From IMG/VR virus record IMGVR_UViG_3300023179_000112, positions 1 to 61,768 of that record: 61,768 bases of DNA; one strand, 5' to 3'. The DNA is from a virus (lineage: Duplodnaviria; Caudoviricetes). Positions 25,481 to 37,500 of the stretch are shown here, one piece after another (within the stretch, counting starts at the first letter, position 1; each line of letters opens with the position of its first letter). The translations under genes and the position numbers were made by a program. Below the pieces are notes generated by a model that worked only from the letters and a program-made list of their open reading frames with translations, was not told the DNA's origin and did not search any database.

Positions 25481-28351
25481 ATGCAACCGCAAGAGTTTCT
25501 GGCGGCGGTGCTCCCATCGACGGGCGTTTACTGTGTAGCCGAGCTAACATCAAAAAAGAAAGAGCATGTTTTTGCAACAAATTTAGGAGAGTTTAAGCAT
25601 GTCGTAGACACATGGGTTAAAGAAAAAAAGGATGTTTACTTTGCATTAGCCACTTTTAAAAAAGAAGGTAGCCGCACGGCTAAAAACGCTGAATACATTC
25701 GCGCTGCTTTTTTGGATTTAGACGGTTACGAAACTAAACGAGCTGCTGCTGAAGCGCTTGATGTGTTTCTTGAAAAGACCGACTTAGTTCAACTTGGGCA
25801 GCCGCTTGTTGTTGATTCGGGTGGTGGGCTGCATGTGTATTGGCCTTTTACGGTTGATGTGCCTATTGATCAATGGAAACCTGTTGCAGAGAATTTAAAA
25901 AGGCTCTGTGCTCAGGAAAACATGAAGATTGATAACAGCGTAACTGCTGATGCGGCGCGTGTATTGCGCATACCGGGGACGGTTAACTTTAAACCTAAGT
26001 ATCCTAAGCCTCGTGCTGTACGTATTATGTTAGAGGCTAAACCTCAAGCGTTTGAGTTTGAGTTGTTTTCTCAATCTCTTGTCAAAAAATTAAACGGGCA
26101 TGCATACAATCCTTCTTTAGCAGAAAAGATTGAGATTGAAGGTGAGCGTCCTAAACGAGACAACTCAGTTGCATCAGTTAAATTATTTGATAATTTACAA
26201 AGCGAATTTAAAGTTTTGTGGATTAAAAGCATTGAGGGTACGGGTTGTAAACAACTTGAGTATTACAAAGAACATGCTTCTAATGACGGCATGGAACCTT
26301 TGTGGCGGGGGTTGCTTTCTTGGACATCCAGATGTGTAGATAGCGATGAATACTCGCGTCGTCTTTCGGAGATGCATCCGTATGACGAAGAGCGTATGCA
26401 TCAAAAATTGCGCGAAATTAAAGGCCCATATCCGTGCGTAAAAATGGACAGCGAAAACCCCGGCGTATGCACAAAGTGCTCACACTGGGGAAAAATTACC
26501 AACCCGCTTATTCTATGCAGGACTTTAATTACAGATAACACCGAGAAACAGATTGAAGTACAGGACGAAGAGGAAATCCTACCTGCGGTTTATACGCGCC
26601 CCGCACCCCCACGGGGGTTTAGCTACGGCGCAAAGGGTGGTGTTTTTGTAGACAAAACACTTGAGGATGATCAAGGCAACAAATCAAAAAAGTCAACAAT
26701 GATCTTGCCTTTTACGCTTTTTGCAGTAGATATCCTAAAACAACCTACCGGCGATCATATAGTTCATATGATTGCCGAACGCGAAAATGATTACCACGAC
26801 GTATTAATAAATCAAAAATCAGTAGTTAGCAAAGACGAAACAGTTAGAACTTTAGCTGCACAAAATATTATTGCGTCTTTCGGATCTGGTAATGATAAAA
26901 ATTTGTTTGACTACGTTCGTGGGTGTGTCGAAAATGCAAGTGTTTCAAAGACGCCAATTATTATTCCATCGAATTATGGATGGCAAAGCTTTGACCGTTT
27001 GATAGAAGGGCGCAACACACCTTTTGTATATAGCGGTGCCGTATATCAAAATGGAGATATGCGCAAAGTTCCTATGCCAGATCTTCAAAACATTACCAAC
27101 AGCATGCGCTCAATGGGTACGCTAGACGGTTGGAAAAATATTGTTCAAGTATTAATTGATAAAGGCTTAGACGAATTACTTGCTGTGCTGTGCGTGGGGC
27201 TTGGCTCTCCGTTTATGGCGTTTAGTAAGTTGTCAGGGATGACTTATCACTTGGGTTCAACAGAGTCAGGCACAGGTAAAACACTTGCACTACGTCTTGC
27301 GGGTAGTGTGTGGGGGCATCCCGATCATTTTCGTGTTAGTCGATCAACGTCTGATGTAGCTATGGTGCACCATGCGGGAATGCTTGGAGCACTGCCTCTT
27401 ATTTCTGACGAAATTACGGTAAAGAACCGGCGTGACTTTGAGTGGTTCCCTGCCATGATCTTTGATATTAGTGAGGGCAAGGGTAAAGATCGTATGGAAT
27501 CAGGCGCAAACAAAGAACGCTTGAACACAACCATTTGGTCACTGCTTGCACTGATGGCATCTAACACACACGTTGTGGACTACATGACAGGTAACCGCAA
27601 GCACTCTTCAGAAGGCGAGCTGCGGCGCGTTCTTGAGTTAACGCTGTCTGAAATTCTTACTTGGGACGATCATGAGCGTGAGGCTATTGTGTCGCTGTCT
27701 CAAAACTATGGTGTGGTCGGCCCGCTCTACGCACAGTGGTTATCTCAAAATGCGATGGAGGCATTGAAGCTGTACAAGAAGATTGAGAAACACATTCGTA
27801 TGGAGTTTAGATCGCCCGACGATGAACGTTTCTGGACTGCGGGTAACGCTTCATGTATCGCAGGTGCCGTGGTTATGGGCAGCAAATACATGGGAATCAT
27901 TGACCTACCTGTGGAACGCATCATGCGTGTGTTTCGCAACCTAGTGTTCAAGAGCAGGGAGACTGTGAAGAGCAGCAAGCGCACGGTTGAGGATGTGATG
28001 AACGCTTACACCCGTGAGTTCTACGGTAAGTTTGTTGTGATTAAACAAGCTGAGGGAACGCTCGCTGCTACGCTTGGTGACAGTGGAATTATTGATGAAA
28101 CTATCTCTCGCACAGAAATTGCAGGACGTGTTGAGCACGGCATCACTGCGGGGCACATCGATTACTACATTGAAGAAGCATTGCTCAAGTCTTACTGTGC
28201 GTCTATGAGTTTTGGGTACTCTGACTTTAAGAAACAGATTGAGCGTCTGTACCGCGTCACATACGGTAAGACTGACTTGATGAAAAAGACCAGAGGTCCA
28301 ACGATGAGAGTCAATGCAATCCGAATCTCAATCCCAGAAATCGAGGACTGA
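25481..28351 (+). CDS. Primase-helicase (RepB/AEP-type primase plus DUF927-type ATPase)
   Basis: FLDLD, DSGGGLHVYW, ARVLRIPGT; C-terminal GSTESGTGKT, SDE, ERFW. Confidence 0.85.
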   Translation: MQPQEFLAAVLPSTGVYCVAELTSKKKEHVFATNLGEFKHVVDTWVKEKKDVYFALATFKKEGSRTAKNAEYIRAAFLDLDGYETKRAAAEALDVFLEKTDLVQLGQPLVVDSGGGLHVYWPFTVDVPIDQWKPVAENLKRLCAQENMKIDNSVTADAARVLRIPGTVNFKPKYPKPRAVRIMLEAKPQAFEFELFSQSLVKKLNGHAYNPSLAEKIEIEGERPKRDNSVASVKLFDNLQSEFKVLWIKSIEGTGCKQLEYYKEHASNDGMEPLWRGLLSWTSRCVDSDEYSRRLSEMHPYDEERMHQKLREIKGPYPCVKMDSENPGVCTKCSHWGKITNPLILCRTLITDNTEKQIEVQDEEEILPAVYTRPAPPRGFSYGAKGGVFVDKTLEDDQGNKSKKSTMILPFTLFAVDILKQPTGDHIVHMIAERENDYHDVLINQKSVVSKDETVRTLAAQNIIASFGSGNDKNLFDYVRGCVENASVSKTPIIIPSNYGWQSFDRLIEGRNTPFVYSGAVYQNGDMRKVPMPDLQNITNSMRSMGTLDGWKNIVQVLIDKGLDELLAVLCVGLGSPFMAFSKLSGMTYHLGSTESGTGKTLALRLAGSVWGHPDHFRVSRSTSDVAMVHHAGMLGALPLISDEITVKNRRDFEWFPAMIFDISEGKGKDRMESGANKERLNTTIWSLLALMASNTHVVDYMTGNRKHSSEGELRRVLELTLSEILTWDDHEREAIVSLSQNYGVVGPLYAQWLSQNAMEALKLYKKIEKHIRMEFRSPDDERFWTAGNASCIAGAVVMGSKYMGIIDLPVERIMRVFRNLVFKSRETVKSSKRTVEDVMNAYTREFYGKFVVIKQAEGTLAATLGDSGIIDETISRTEIAGRVEHGITAGHIDYYIEEALLKSYCASMSFGYSDFKKQIERLYRVTYGKTDLMKKTRGPTMRVNAIRISIPEIED

Positions 28352-28535
28352 TATTGCTTTTCCGTGGGAGCATGTCCCACTAGGAGGCGGGTTTTTTGTC
28401 CCTACACTCAATCCACAACGTACTATAGAGAAAGCACATAGGGCAGCTATGACTGCCCGTGTGTTTCACTTCAAGAGCATACCCTGCATCATTAACGGGA
28501 AACTTGGCGTCTATTTTCAGCGGTTGCGGCGATGA
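28314..28535 (+). CDS. Small hypothetical protein
   Basis: FPWEHVPLGGGFFVP; last gene of the plus block, 3' overlap with giant gene. Confidence 0.55.
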   Translation: MQSESQSQKSRTDIAFPWEHVPLGGGFFVPTLNPQRTIEKAHRAAMTARVFHFKSIPCIINGKLGVYFQRLRR

Positions 28536-31500
28536 ACTTCTGCGCGTAGCCGATACGTGCTTGCCGTATGCGATCAAGTGTCTCGCGCTTTTGTTGGGGA
28601 GACATGTCCTTACGCTCACGCACATCACGCTCCATCTGTGCGTACTCCCCCATCTGTTGACGGAAGCTACCTGCCGAAGATGCCAGACCTAAAATCTGTC
28701 TGTTCTCTTTAACAAATTCTTGAACGTCACTAGCATCCCCGCGCCGTGTGAGTTCTTTGTAAGTGCGCTGCCGCTGCTCAATGTTGCTGACCACCTGATA
28801 GGCGTAGTTGATCAAGCCTTGAGCGTCACGGGGTTGGAACAAACCACCCACGATAGGCATATCGCTTGCTCGCATCTCAGGATCAGCTTTTCCTGGCTTC
28901 TCCAATACAGTGTTACCCATGCTTGAGATTGCAAGACCAAGAGGGCCAAAGTATCCACGAACGAGATAATCAAGCTGTATGGGGGACAAGCCGTACTCTT
29001 TGCCACCCACCGTAAAGCTAGTCAGTGAGCTAAGCATCTTGGCAACTTCTGACGTATTAGAGCGCATGCGCTGCGAGGGGATTAGCGCTTCTTCTCGTTC
29101 ACTCTCTATGCCGCGCCCTGAGAAGAACGAGTAGTTCGTAGCAACCTCAAGCGCTGGCTTAATAGCTTGTGGAATAAGCCCCGGCATCGTGTTACCCAAG
29201 ATACTCTTCAGCGCAGGGAACACTTGCCCTACTTCAGCTTTACCATCTGCCAGATGCACTATCATCTCAGGCAGTGCTTTGAACAACACGCCAACTTCAA
29301 ACGGGATGGGGATACGGAAAGGCTCACTGAACCCCGGTATATAGACAAAGAAGTTGTTGTACTTCTCATCTGGGTTAGCATTCTTATACGCCTCATCATC
29401 TTGCATCATGGCTGCGTACAGCACGGTCATACCTGCAAGCATCATGCCGCGTGTCCAGAACTTCTTGCGGACTTTTAACTGCTGATCAAACGGCATTTTG
29501 CCAGCAAACCCCGAACGGTACAGCACGTCCAGACCTTGAATCTGTGCGTTCAAGAACGGCACCATCATTGACAGCATCATCACAGACGGCGACAGCCCAC
29601 GACGGTTAAAGTTCATAGACTCAAGCGTAGCCAGCGTAGCTTCCATCTCTGACATACCTTGTTTGATAAAGCTGTTGTACAGCACAACGCGAGTCGATGC
29701 GTCGCCCTGTATTGCCAACGTGTCAAGCTTAGCCAGCTTAGTCGCCCACCCTTCTTTACCGCTAGCAATGTCACGAAGAATCAAACTTAAATCTTCAGAG
29801 GTGCCGGTAAAGACTTGCCCACCAAGCACACCACGCTCGCGTAGTTCTTTCTCGCTTTCACTCTTACCCTGCCGCATCTTGCGAAGTTCTTTAAGCGATG
29901 ACAGCACAGGGGTAAAGTTTCCTCCGGTTGTTAAAGCCGCAGACATTGAATCGCGGAACAACTGACGGAAGGCATACAACGGGTTGCGCGTAATGAACAA
30001 GCGCAACACTCTGGAAGGAATATTAAATAGCTTAACAACTTGAGGTATGGTGGCAGAAACCCCTTCAAGTCCTTTCACTAACAAGTCAGCAGGAACACCA
30101 AGCGTTTCTGTATCGATCACGGCGTACATAGGTTCACCGCGTTCTTTAAAGCGAATGACGTTAGCCCCCGCAGGACCGTCACCTTTCCCAATCTTAGCCA
30201 CAGGCATAGCGCTCGTACCAAGACTGCGTAACGTGTAGGCTACATTTTTTGTGGCTAGATTTCGCATAGCAAAATCAACGAACATGTTGGTGTTCTGCAC
30301 AGAGCTGGTAAAGAAGTCCAGAATCTTTGTGTTACCACCAACAAGTTGATCTAAGTACGGCTGATCTTTTAAGTTGCCAATACGAATGGGAGAGATCTCA
30401 CCACCAAGCATAAGCTGGACGGTGCCATTCTGTACCCGATAGAACGGAATGTAGTCGTTAGTGCGCAACAGCCTATCTTCATCAATTTTACTGATAGCGC
30501 CCGTTTGCACAGCAAACTTTACTAGGTTTCTGTTGTACTCGTTATAGAGCGTACGTGCCTTATCAAAAGCTTTTTTAATCTCTGGCTGAGACTCAACGTA
30601 ACGCTTTAGCCCTACTAAGTCAGACAGTTTGACGCTAGGATCAAAGTTCAGCGTATCAAGCCCAACACGTTCTGCACGAATAGCCGCCATCCAAGACGTA
30701 AACATTTTGTTAGCAGAGTCAACGCCCATGTCGGGCACTTCTTTAAGTGCTGCTGCAACATCTTTTAGAGATACTGTGCCTCCACTGCGCACAATGAACT
30801 CTTCACGTCCGTCTGCACGTTTCTTTTTCTCTAAGATTAACGCACCGTTGTTTACAACTTCAGCCGTAAAATTATTGCGTTGATCGTGCATTCGTAAATA
30901 AGACATCATTTGCGTAGCAGCAAGTGAGTCTTTCATTTGTGCAGCAATACGTTCAAGCGGATCAAAGCGATCAATATATTTGGTACGAAACGTCATGCCT
31001 GTGTTACCACCAAAGATTTTGTCAAACGTACTGGGCGGTGAGCCTGTAATTTGATTTATCACCGTAGCGTAGTTTGCAGGCATATTAGATGGGAACGCAT
31101 CTTTGCTTCTACGAAACACAACCTGTCCGTCAGCGTCACGATAAGCGCCGGGAGTACCGGATTTTATTACACGTCGTGAACGGCTTAGTAAGTAGTAAAT
31201 ATCAGCAGGCTTAAGAGCACTGTAACGCCCAAGCCCAAGCACATCACGCAACACTTGCCGCAATGCACCAATCATTTCTTGCACAAAACGTTTAACCGCA
31301 GCAACTGTAGATTCTGTAGCGCGAGCTTCTTCTACGTGTGCAATTAACTCACGTATAGCGGCGCGTTGTTGACCAATAATAGAAGTGCCAACACGTTGCA
31401 GATTAAGAATGGTGCCATATACTTCGTCGTGTACGCCCATTTCTTTAGCAAGACCAATAACGCCTCCCGGTTGAGAATCAACACGGAAAACAAGATCATC

Positions 31501-34500
31501 AAGCCCGCGCTCACCAAGAATAATATCAACGCCGTAATGACCAATTAGTTCGTGCGCAATAGTAGTTTCAAGATCAAGCATGTTGCCGTGGTTAACACCA
31601 ATAATAACAACGGTGCCATCCGGCATAACACCACCACGAACTTTTGCAGTTTCTTCATCCATACCTTGCTGCATGAGCGCACGGATAAAGTTTTTTGGCG
31701 CATCAAACAGTGTCTCAGCATAAACAAGCTTCACACCCTTTGGCAAATTAGCTTTGACCTGTTCAATTTTTTGCCGCGCTTCTTTAAGATCAACAACCGA
31801 GTCTGCAACTTCTTCAATACGAAAACTTGTAGGCCCAAGTGATGTTGGAAAAATAGCGGTGTTTTCAAACTCCTCAACATTTTGAGAAGTTGATGTAATA
31901 CCCGCTTGTGCATTACGTGCTGCCGCTGATTTAGCTCCGTTCTTAGCCCGTTTTTCTCTTTCAAGCGTATCAAGGTCTGGCGTTTTTTCCGTAGCCAAAC
32001 GCTGATCAGCGCCACCACCTTTTAAAGGTTTTAATCGCTGCGTTTTTAATTGTTCACCAACAACTTTAAGTTTTCCAGCAGGCGTTATTTCAGTTTGTTG
32101 CGTAGCATTTACGACGCGATAAATCTCAGGATCAGTTAATAAAACAACATCGCCTTGTAGCGTGGCAAGATCTTTACGTAGTTCTTTAATTTCGCCTTCT
32201 AACTTTGAGCGCCCTTTGGTGTCTTCTGATGGAGCGTTGCGTAACTCTTCACTACGCTTATCAATAAACAGTTGAATTTTTTCTTCAACCCCTTCATCAG
32301 ATACTTTATATTTTTTAGCAAGCCGCTCAACCGCAGCTTGATAGTTCTTTTCTATATTGCGCTGTTCTTTTAGCCACAAAGGTTCTTCTTTAATCAACAC
32401 AGTACGTTTGTCGGTATAGTCCTCTTGATAAATAGTTCCGCCACGAATTTCATTCAAACTTTCGTTTGACATATTATTAATATTTTTTTTCTCAATTGCT
32501 TCATTAACTCTTGTTTCAAGCGTAGATATTTGTGCTGTAATTTTTTCAATAGCTTTAGGATTAGACGTGTTTTCAAGTTGTTTATTAAGTTCTTTGATTT
32601 TTTTTCTGTACTCAATAATTGCTTTTTCATTAGCTTTTACAAAAGCATCTTGATTACGAATATCTTGAATTTGTTGTTCAACAGCCGCAATTTGTTGATT
32701 TATAATAGTAAGTCTGTCTGTTTTTGTTGTTCCAATTTTAACAAGCGTGTTATTTTTTTCAGCAATATTTCGTGCTTTTTTAAGCGCTTTTATGCGTATG
32801 TTTAATTCTGCTTCAGTAGATGTAACAGGCAATAAAACAGTAGCTTGTAGTTTAGGAGTCGTAACGCGGCGTGATGCAGGGATAATTTTGTAGCGATTAT
32901 TTATTGTGTAGAATGCTTCGTTAAGAGAAACAATACCGTCCATTGCCGCAAGGCGTGTTTCTTTTATTCGTTTGTTTCTATCAGCAGCGTCGGCTAATTC
33001 TTTACGCGCAGCTTCAAGTTGTGCAACGAGCGCACGTTGTTTATCTTGGGCAGACTGTTGATTTTTTTCTTCTCCAATATTTCTCTCAGCTTTAGGGTTT
33101 TGTTTAAGTTCAGCAAGCCGTTCTTTTAACTTGTCTAATTTTTGGCGTTCTTGTACAACACGTTCATCAAGTGCAGCTTTAAGACTTATCTCTTGTTCAG
33201 TTAATTCAACCGGACCTTTTTTTACAAACTCATTAAAAGCAATTTGTGCTTGGTGCATAATGGATAATGCATCACTATGGTCTGCTTCAAGCTTTTTAAG
33301 TTTTGTGTTTAGCAAAATAACAGATTCGGCGTATCCCTCTGCAACAACTCCTTCAGTGCCAGAAAGTTTGTTCTGGCTTTCTTCAAGCTGTTTTTTAGTA
33401 TTTTGAATTTGTTTTTCAAGTTGCTGCACTTGCTTTTCAAGAGGCGCAACATTGTTTTTAAGTTCATTAACACCTTTTACAAAATCTTCAATTTTAATGA
33501 CAATGCCGTTAAGCCCAGTGATAGAACGCCGAACTTCTGCAAGCGTTTGCAGCGTGATAGTTGTTTGATTTTGTACAGCTTCAGTAGCGTTGTTTATTAA
33601 AGACCGCAAACCTTCAACTTGCTGACCACGAAAAATATTTTTAATTCCATTAATAATACGACTTGAAGCTAAAAGAATTTCAGGAGTACTGCGAATAAAC
33701 ACACGAGGTTCTTCCTCAAACAATTCAAGTTGTTGTTCAAGCGATGTAACTTCTGTCTCGCGTTTGAGGAGTTCTTTAATCTTGGGTAACAGTTCAGCCT
33801 GTCCCAAGTTGTAGCGTATTGTTGGACCTGCGGGGGGTTTTGCCGCAGCAAGATCTTTTAGTTCAGTGCGCAGTTTTTCAATAGCTGCTTCACGTTCTTT
33901 AATTTGATCTGGCGTTATAAGTTTTGCGCGTTCTTCTGGCGTAATTGATTTTTGTAAAGCTTTTATACCGTCCGCAATATCCCTATCCAAAGCAGCGCGA
34001 GCTTCAAGAATTTCTTGCTGTTTGTCTTTTAGGTCTTGTCGGTTTTTATCGTACCAAGCACGGTTAGCCTGTTTTTGTTCTTTTGCGCTGCGAATAGGCA
34101 GTGAAGCAAAACGCGGCTTTTCAGCTTTTAAGTCAGGGTTATCTGTATCAAACGGCGTATCAAGACCGCTAACTATTCTGTTAACTTGTTCTAGTACGAC
34201 ATTTACTAATTCTTCAGACGGTTTGTCAATAGACTCAAATTGAGCAAGCGCTTGTTCAAGCTGGCTGTTAAGCCCCATGTTATTAGCGTTTAAACGAAGA
34301 CGCAGTGTTTCAAGTTCGTTTTTAATTGTTTGCTGTTTGGCTTCAAATGATGCAACTGCGCTCTGGTTGCGCAAGCGGTTTAATTCTTCAGATCCTGCAC
34401 GTAATGTAAATGCTTCTTCTTTTCTTGTACGCGGCCTTGCTTCAACTTTACTAAACTTGTCAGCAACTTCTTCAAGTTGGTCTTGAATAAGTGCAGTTGC

Positions 34501-37500
34501 CGTACGCGGATCAGCAAACGGACGCTCTTCAGTTTTACGTGTATCAAATGTAGGGGTAGTCAGTATGTCAACTACACGCGTTCTAGCAGGTGCTGCTAGT
34601 TGCTTTAAAAAAAAGTTAACGCGTTGACTAAACCGTTGCTGAAGCGTGTCTGTGTCTGCCCCAGGTCTTGTCATTGCGTTTGCAATAAGCTTAAGCTCGT
34701 TTTGTAAACGTGTAAGTTGTAAAAGATTTTTAGGATCTGCGACAACACGTTTCTCTGTTACCTGATCTAAGTTATCACGGATCTGTGCAAAGCTTAACGC
34801 CTGCATCCTGTTTGAGTACTCAGACAAAAGCTCTCGTGTTTGCTTTGTAATTTCGTCAACTTCTTGCTGGTTTAACCCTCGTTGCCCATTTGCATCACGA
34901 GCGTTTGCAATTTGTTGAAGCAGCGCATCAACGTAACGTTGTGTAATTTGTTCTGTCTTTTGTTCTCGTGTTTTAGCAAGCGGCAGTACAGATTCTGTTT
35001 CTTGAAGTTTGGCTAACTCTTTATCAATTTGACGAACAAGATCATCTCTGCCTTTACTCTTAGCCGCAGCCTTATATTTTTCCAACCTGTTAATACGTTT
35101 CTCAACGCCTAACGCAGTAGCAGGTCTTTTAAGGCGAGTAGCTGCATCAAGTGTGTAGTCAACAAAATCTTGAAACGCTTGATCTTTTAAAAACTTAGGA
35201 TCGTTAGTTGCAGCAAAGCGTTGCTCACGTAATTCTTCTAACTGTTTGTTAATATTAGCAAGCTGTTCTTCATCACGCGTTTCACGCGCATATTGCTTTT
35301 GTTTTTCAAGCGCGTTAATTCTGTCTTCAATATCAGAACGCGGGGCTGTAACTTTTGTTGGTGTTATAACGGGTTTTTCAGTTTTTTGAATTGCAGACGC
35401 CGCCAGCGCCCCCGCAATTCCTTCTTCTGTTTCGGGTTTTACTTCCGGTATTTCAAGATACTGCCGTAGTGTCTGAAGTTGTGCTTCACGACGTAAAGCA
35501 AGTAATCCTTGTTCGTTAAGTTGGCTTGAACCGTCAGGTTTTAAAAGATCTACGTCGTTAGTAAGAAGTGTTTTTTGTTGCGCTTCAAGGTTATTTATTC
35601 TGTCTTGAACAATAGAACGAATTGATACGTTTCCGGCAAGTTCGTTAACGTTGCGCCCGCCAACTATTCTAGAAAACGGCGTAACAGGTAGCCCCAATGC
35701 TTTAGCAATTGTTTTAGTGATGCGCCCTAACCCAAGGTTATATCCAAGGTCGGCTTCAATATCTGTTTCGTCTAATTGCTGTGCATCAGGCAACCCCAAC
35801 GCTTTTACCACCATACGGGGGTTTTCTAGTCTACGCGTTACAGTGTCAACTCCTGCTTCAAACCCTTCTAACTCAAGCTGTTGTTGACGTTGTGTGCCTG
35901 CATCTTTTCCTTGTTCTTTTAATTGCTTAATGTACTGAGCATCAGCTTCTTCAAGCTCATTAACGTATATTGTTGGAAAACCAAGCAACGTTGTATCTTG
36001 TTTTTGTTCAATTGCATACTCTTCAATTGAACTGTACAACGCTTTTAAAGCTGGGTTTTTCTTAAAATCGTTTTGAGCTTTTTTTATTTCAGCGTCAGTT
36101 AATGACAATCTAAGTTGCTCACGACGCCTTTCCTCTTCAATTTTAGCTTGTTCTTTTTCACGTTTATCAAATTCAGCTTGGCGTCTAGCAATCTCGTCTG
36201 CACGAAGTTTAGCTGTAAGTTCTTCGGTTTCTTTATCTTTAGCTTCTTGAGCAGCTTTTTGCCGTGCTTCTTCTTCAAGACGCTGATCATTTAAAGCGTT
36301 AGTATATGCGTGAAATGTTGGGTATTTTTTCTTTATTTTTCCGCCCATAACAGGATCGTTCCAGTCTTGAAGTGCACGACTAAGCAAAGCTTGCGGCATA
36401 CGCGCCATACGGTCGTAAGCTTCAGCTTGCTGGGCTGCAATATCTACTTCAGAACGTGGTTGATACAACCCCGGTACGATATTACCAAACTCGTCAACAA
36501 CAGGCCGACCTTTTGCTTCTTCTTGTTCTTTACGTTCGCGCATAATGTCAGCAAAAGTGCGCTGTGCTTGTGGAACGTTTTCTTTAATATCAGCCGCAAT
36601 TTCACGCATTCGCGCTTTAATTTCATCTATTCTTGCTTTAGCATCAAATTCTTGTTCTGGTGTTAATGCTTTACCAGATATAGCTTGTTGAATTTGAATT
36701 ATTTCATCGCGCAACGTAACGCGTTCTTGATTCAGAGCTTGAGCATACTCAGGTGTTTTCTTTAGTGCGGCTTCTTTCTCAGCGGCTTCTTGCTGCTGTT
36801 TTACTTTCTCTTGCTGAATCTTTTCACGTTCAAAACTACGCTCTTGATACTTTGCTGCTGCACCAAATGCAGGAGCAGCCAGAAATGTTTGATACGCTGC
36901 TTCACCATATTCTTTAAACGCATCGTCTGAGGTAAGAGACAGCCCCGCTTGCAGTCGTTCAAGCATAGACTGCGTAACTTCAGTAGGGACTTCAATAAGA
37001 GCAGCTTTTGCTGCACCTGTTGTAAGTGTGCGTTTTAAACTTGCATCTGCAACGGCTTTACCTGCGACAGTATTCAAAGCTTTTTCAGGTATACCAATTA
37101 ACTTACCTACTAACTGTTTGCCAAGAACAAACGCATCAGCAGCAGTCTCTAATCCAGCTTGTACGGCAGCGGCAGCGGCAGCATCGGCAGCATTAATAGT
37201 TTTACCTTCAGCCGCTTGACGTGAAAGGTTTGAACCAAACTCCCGCAAATACGAAGGCGCAAACTTACCAAGTGCTCCACCAACTGTAGCGCCAACCCCT
37301 ACACCAACCGGCCCAAACGGCGCTCCTGCCATCGCTCCTAGCCGTGCACCAGTGAACGCCCCACCCAAAGACACGCCAAGTTGCGGTATTTGCCCTGCTA
37401 TAGCTGACGGAGATTGGCTTAATAATTCTTTACCTGCACCAAACAGCCCTTCTTCAGCGTAACGCTTGCTTAATTGATCAAGCCCAACCTCGTTGGCATA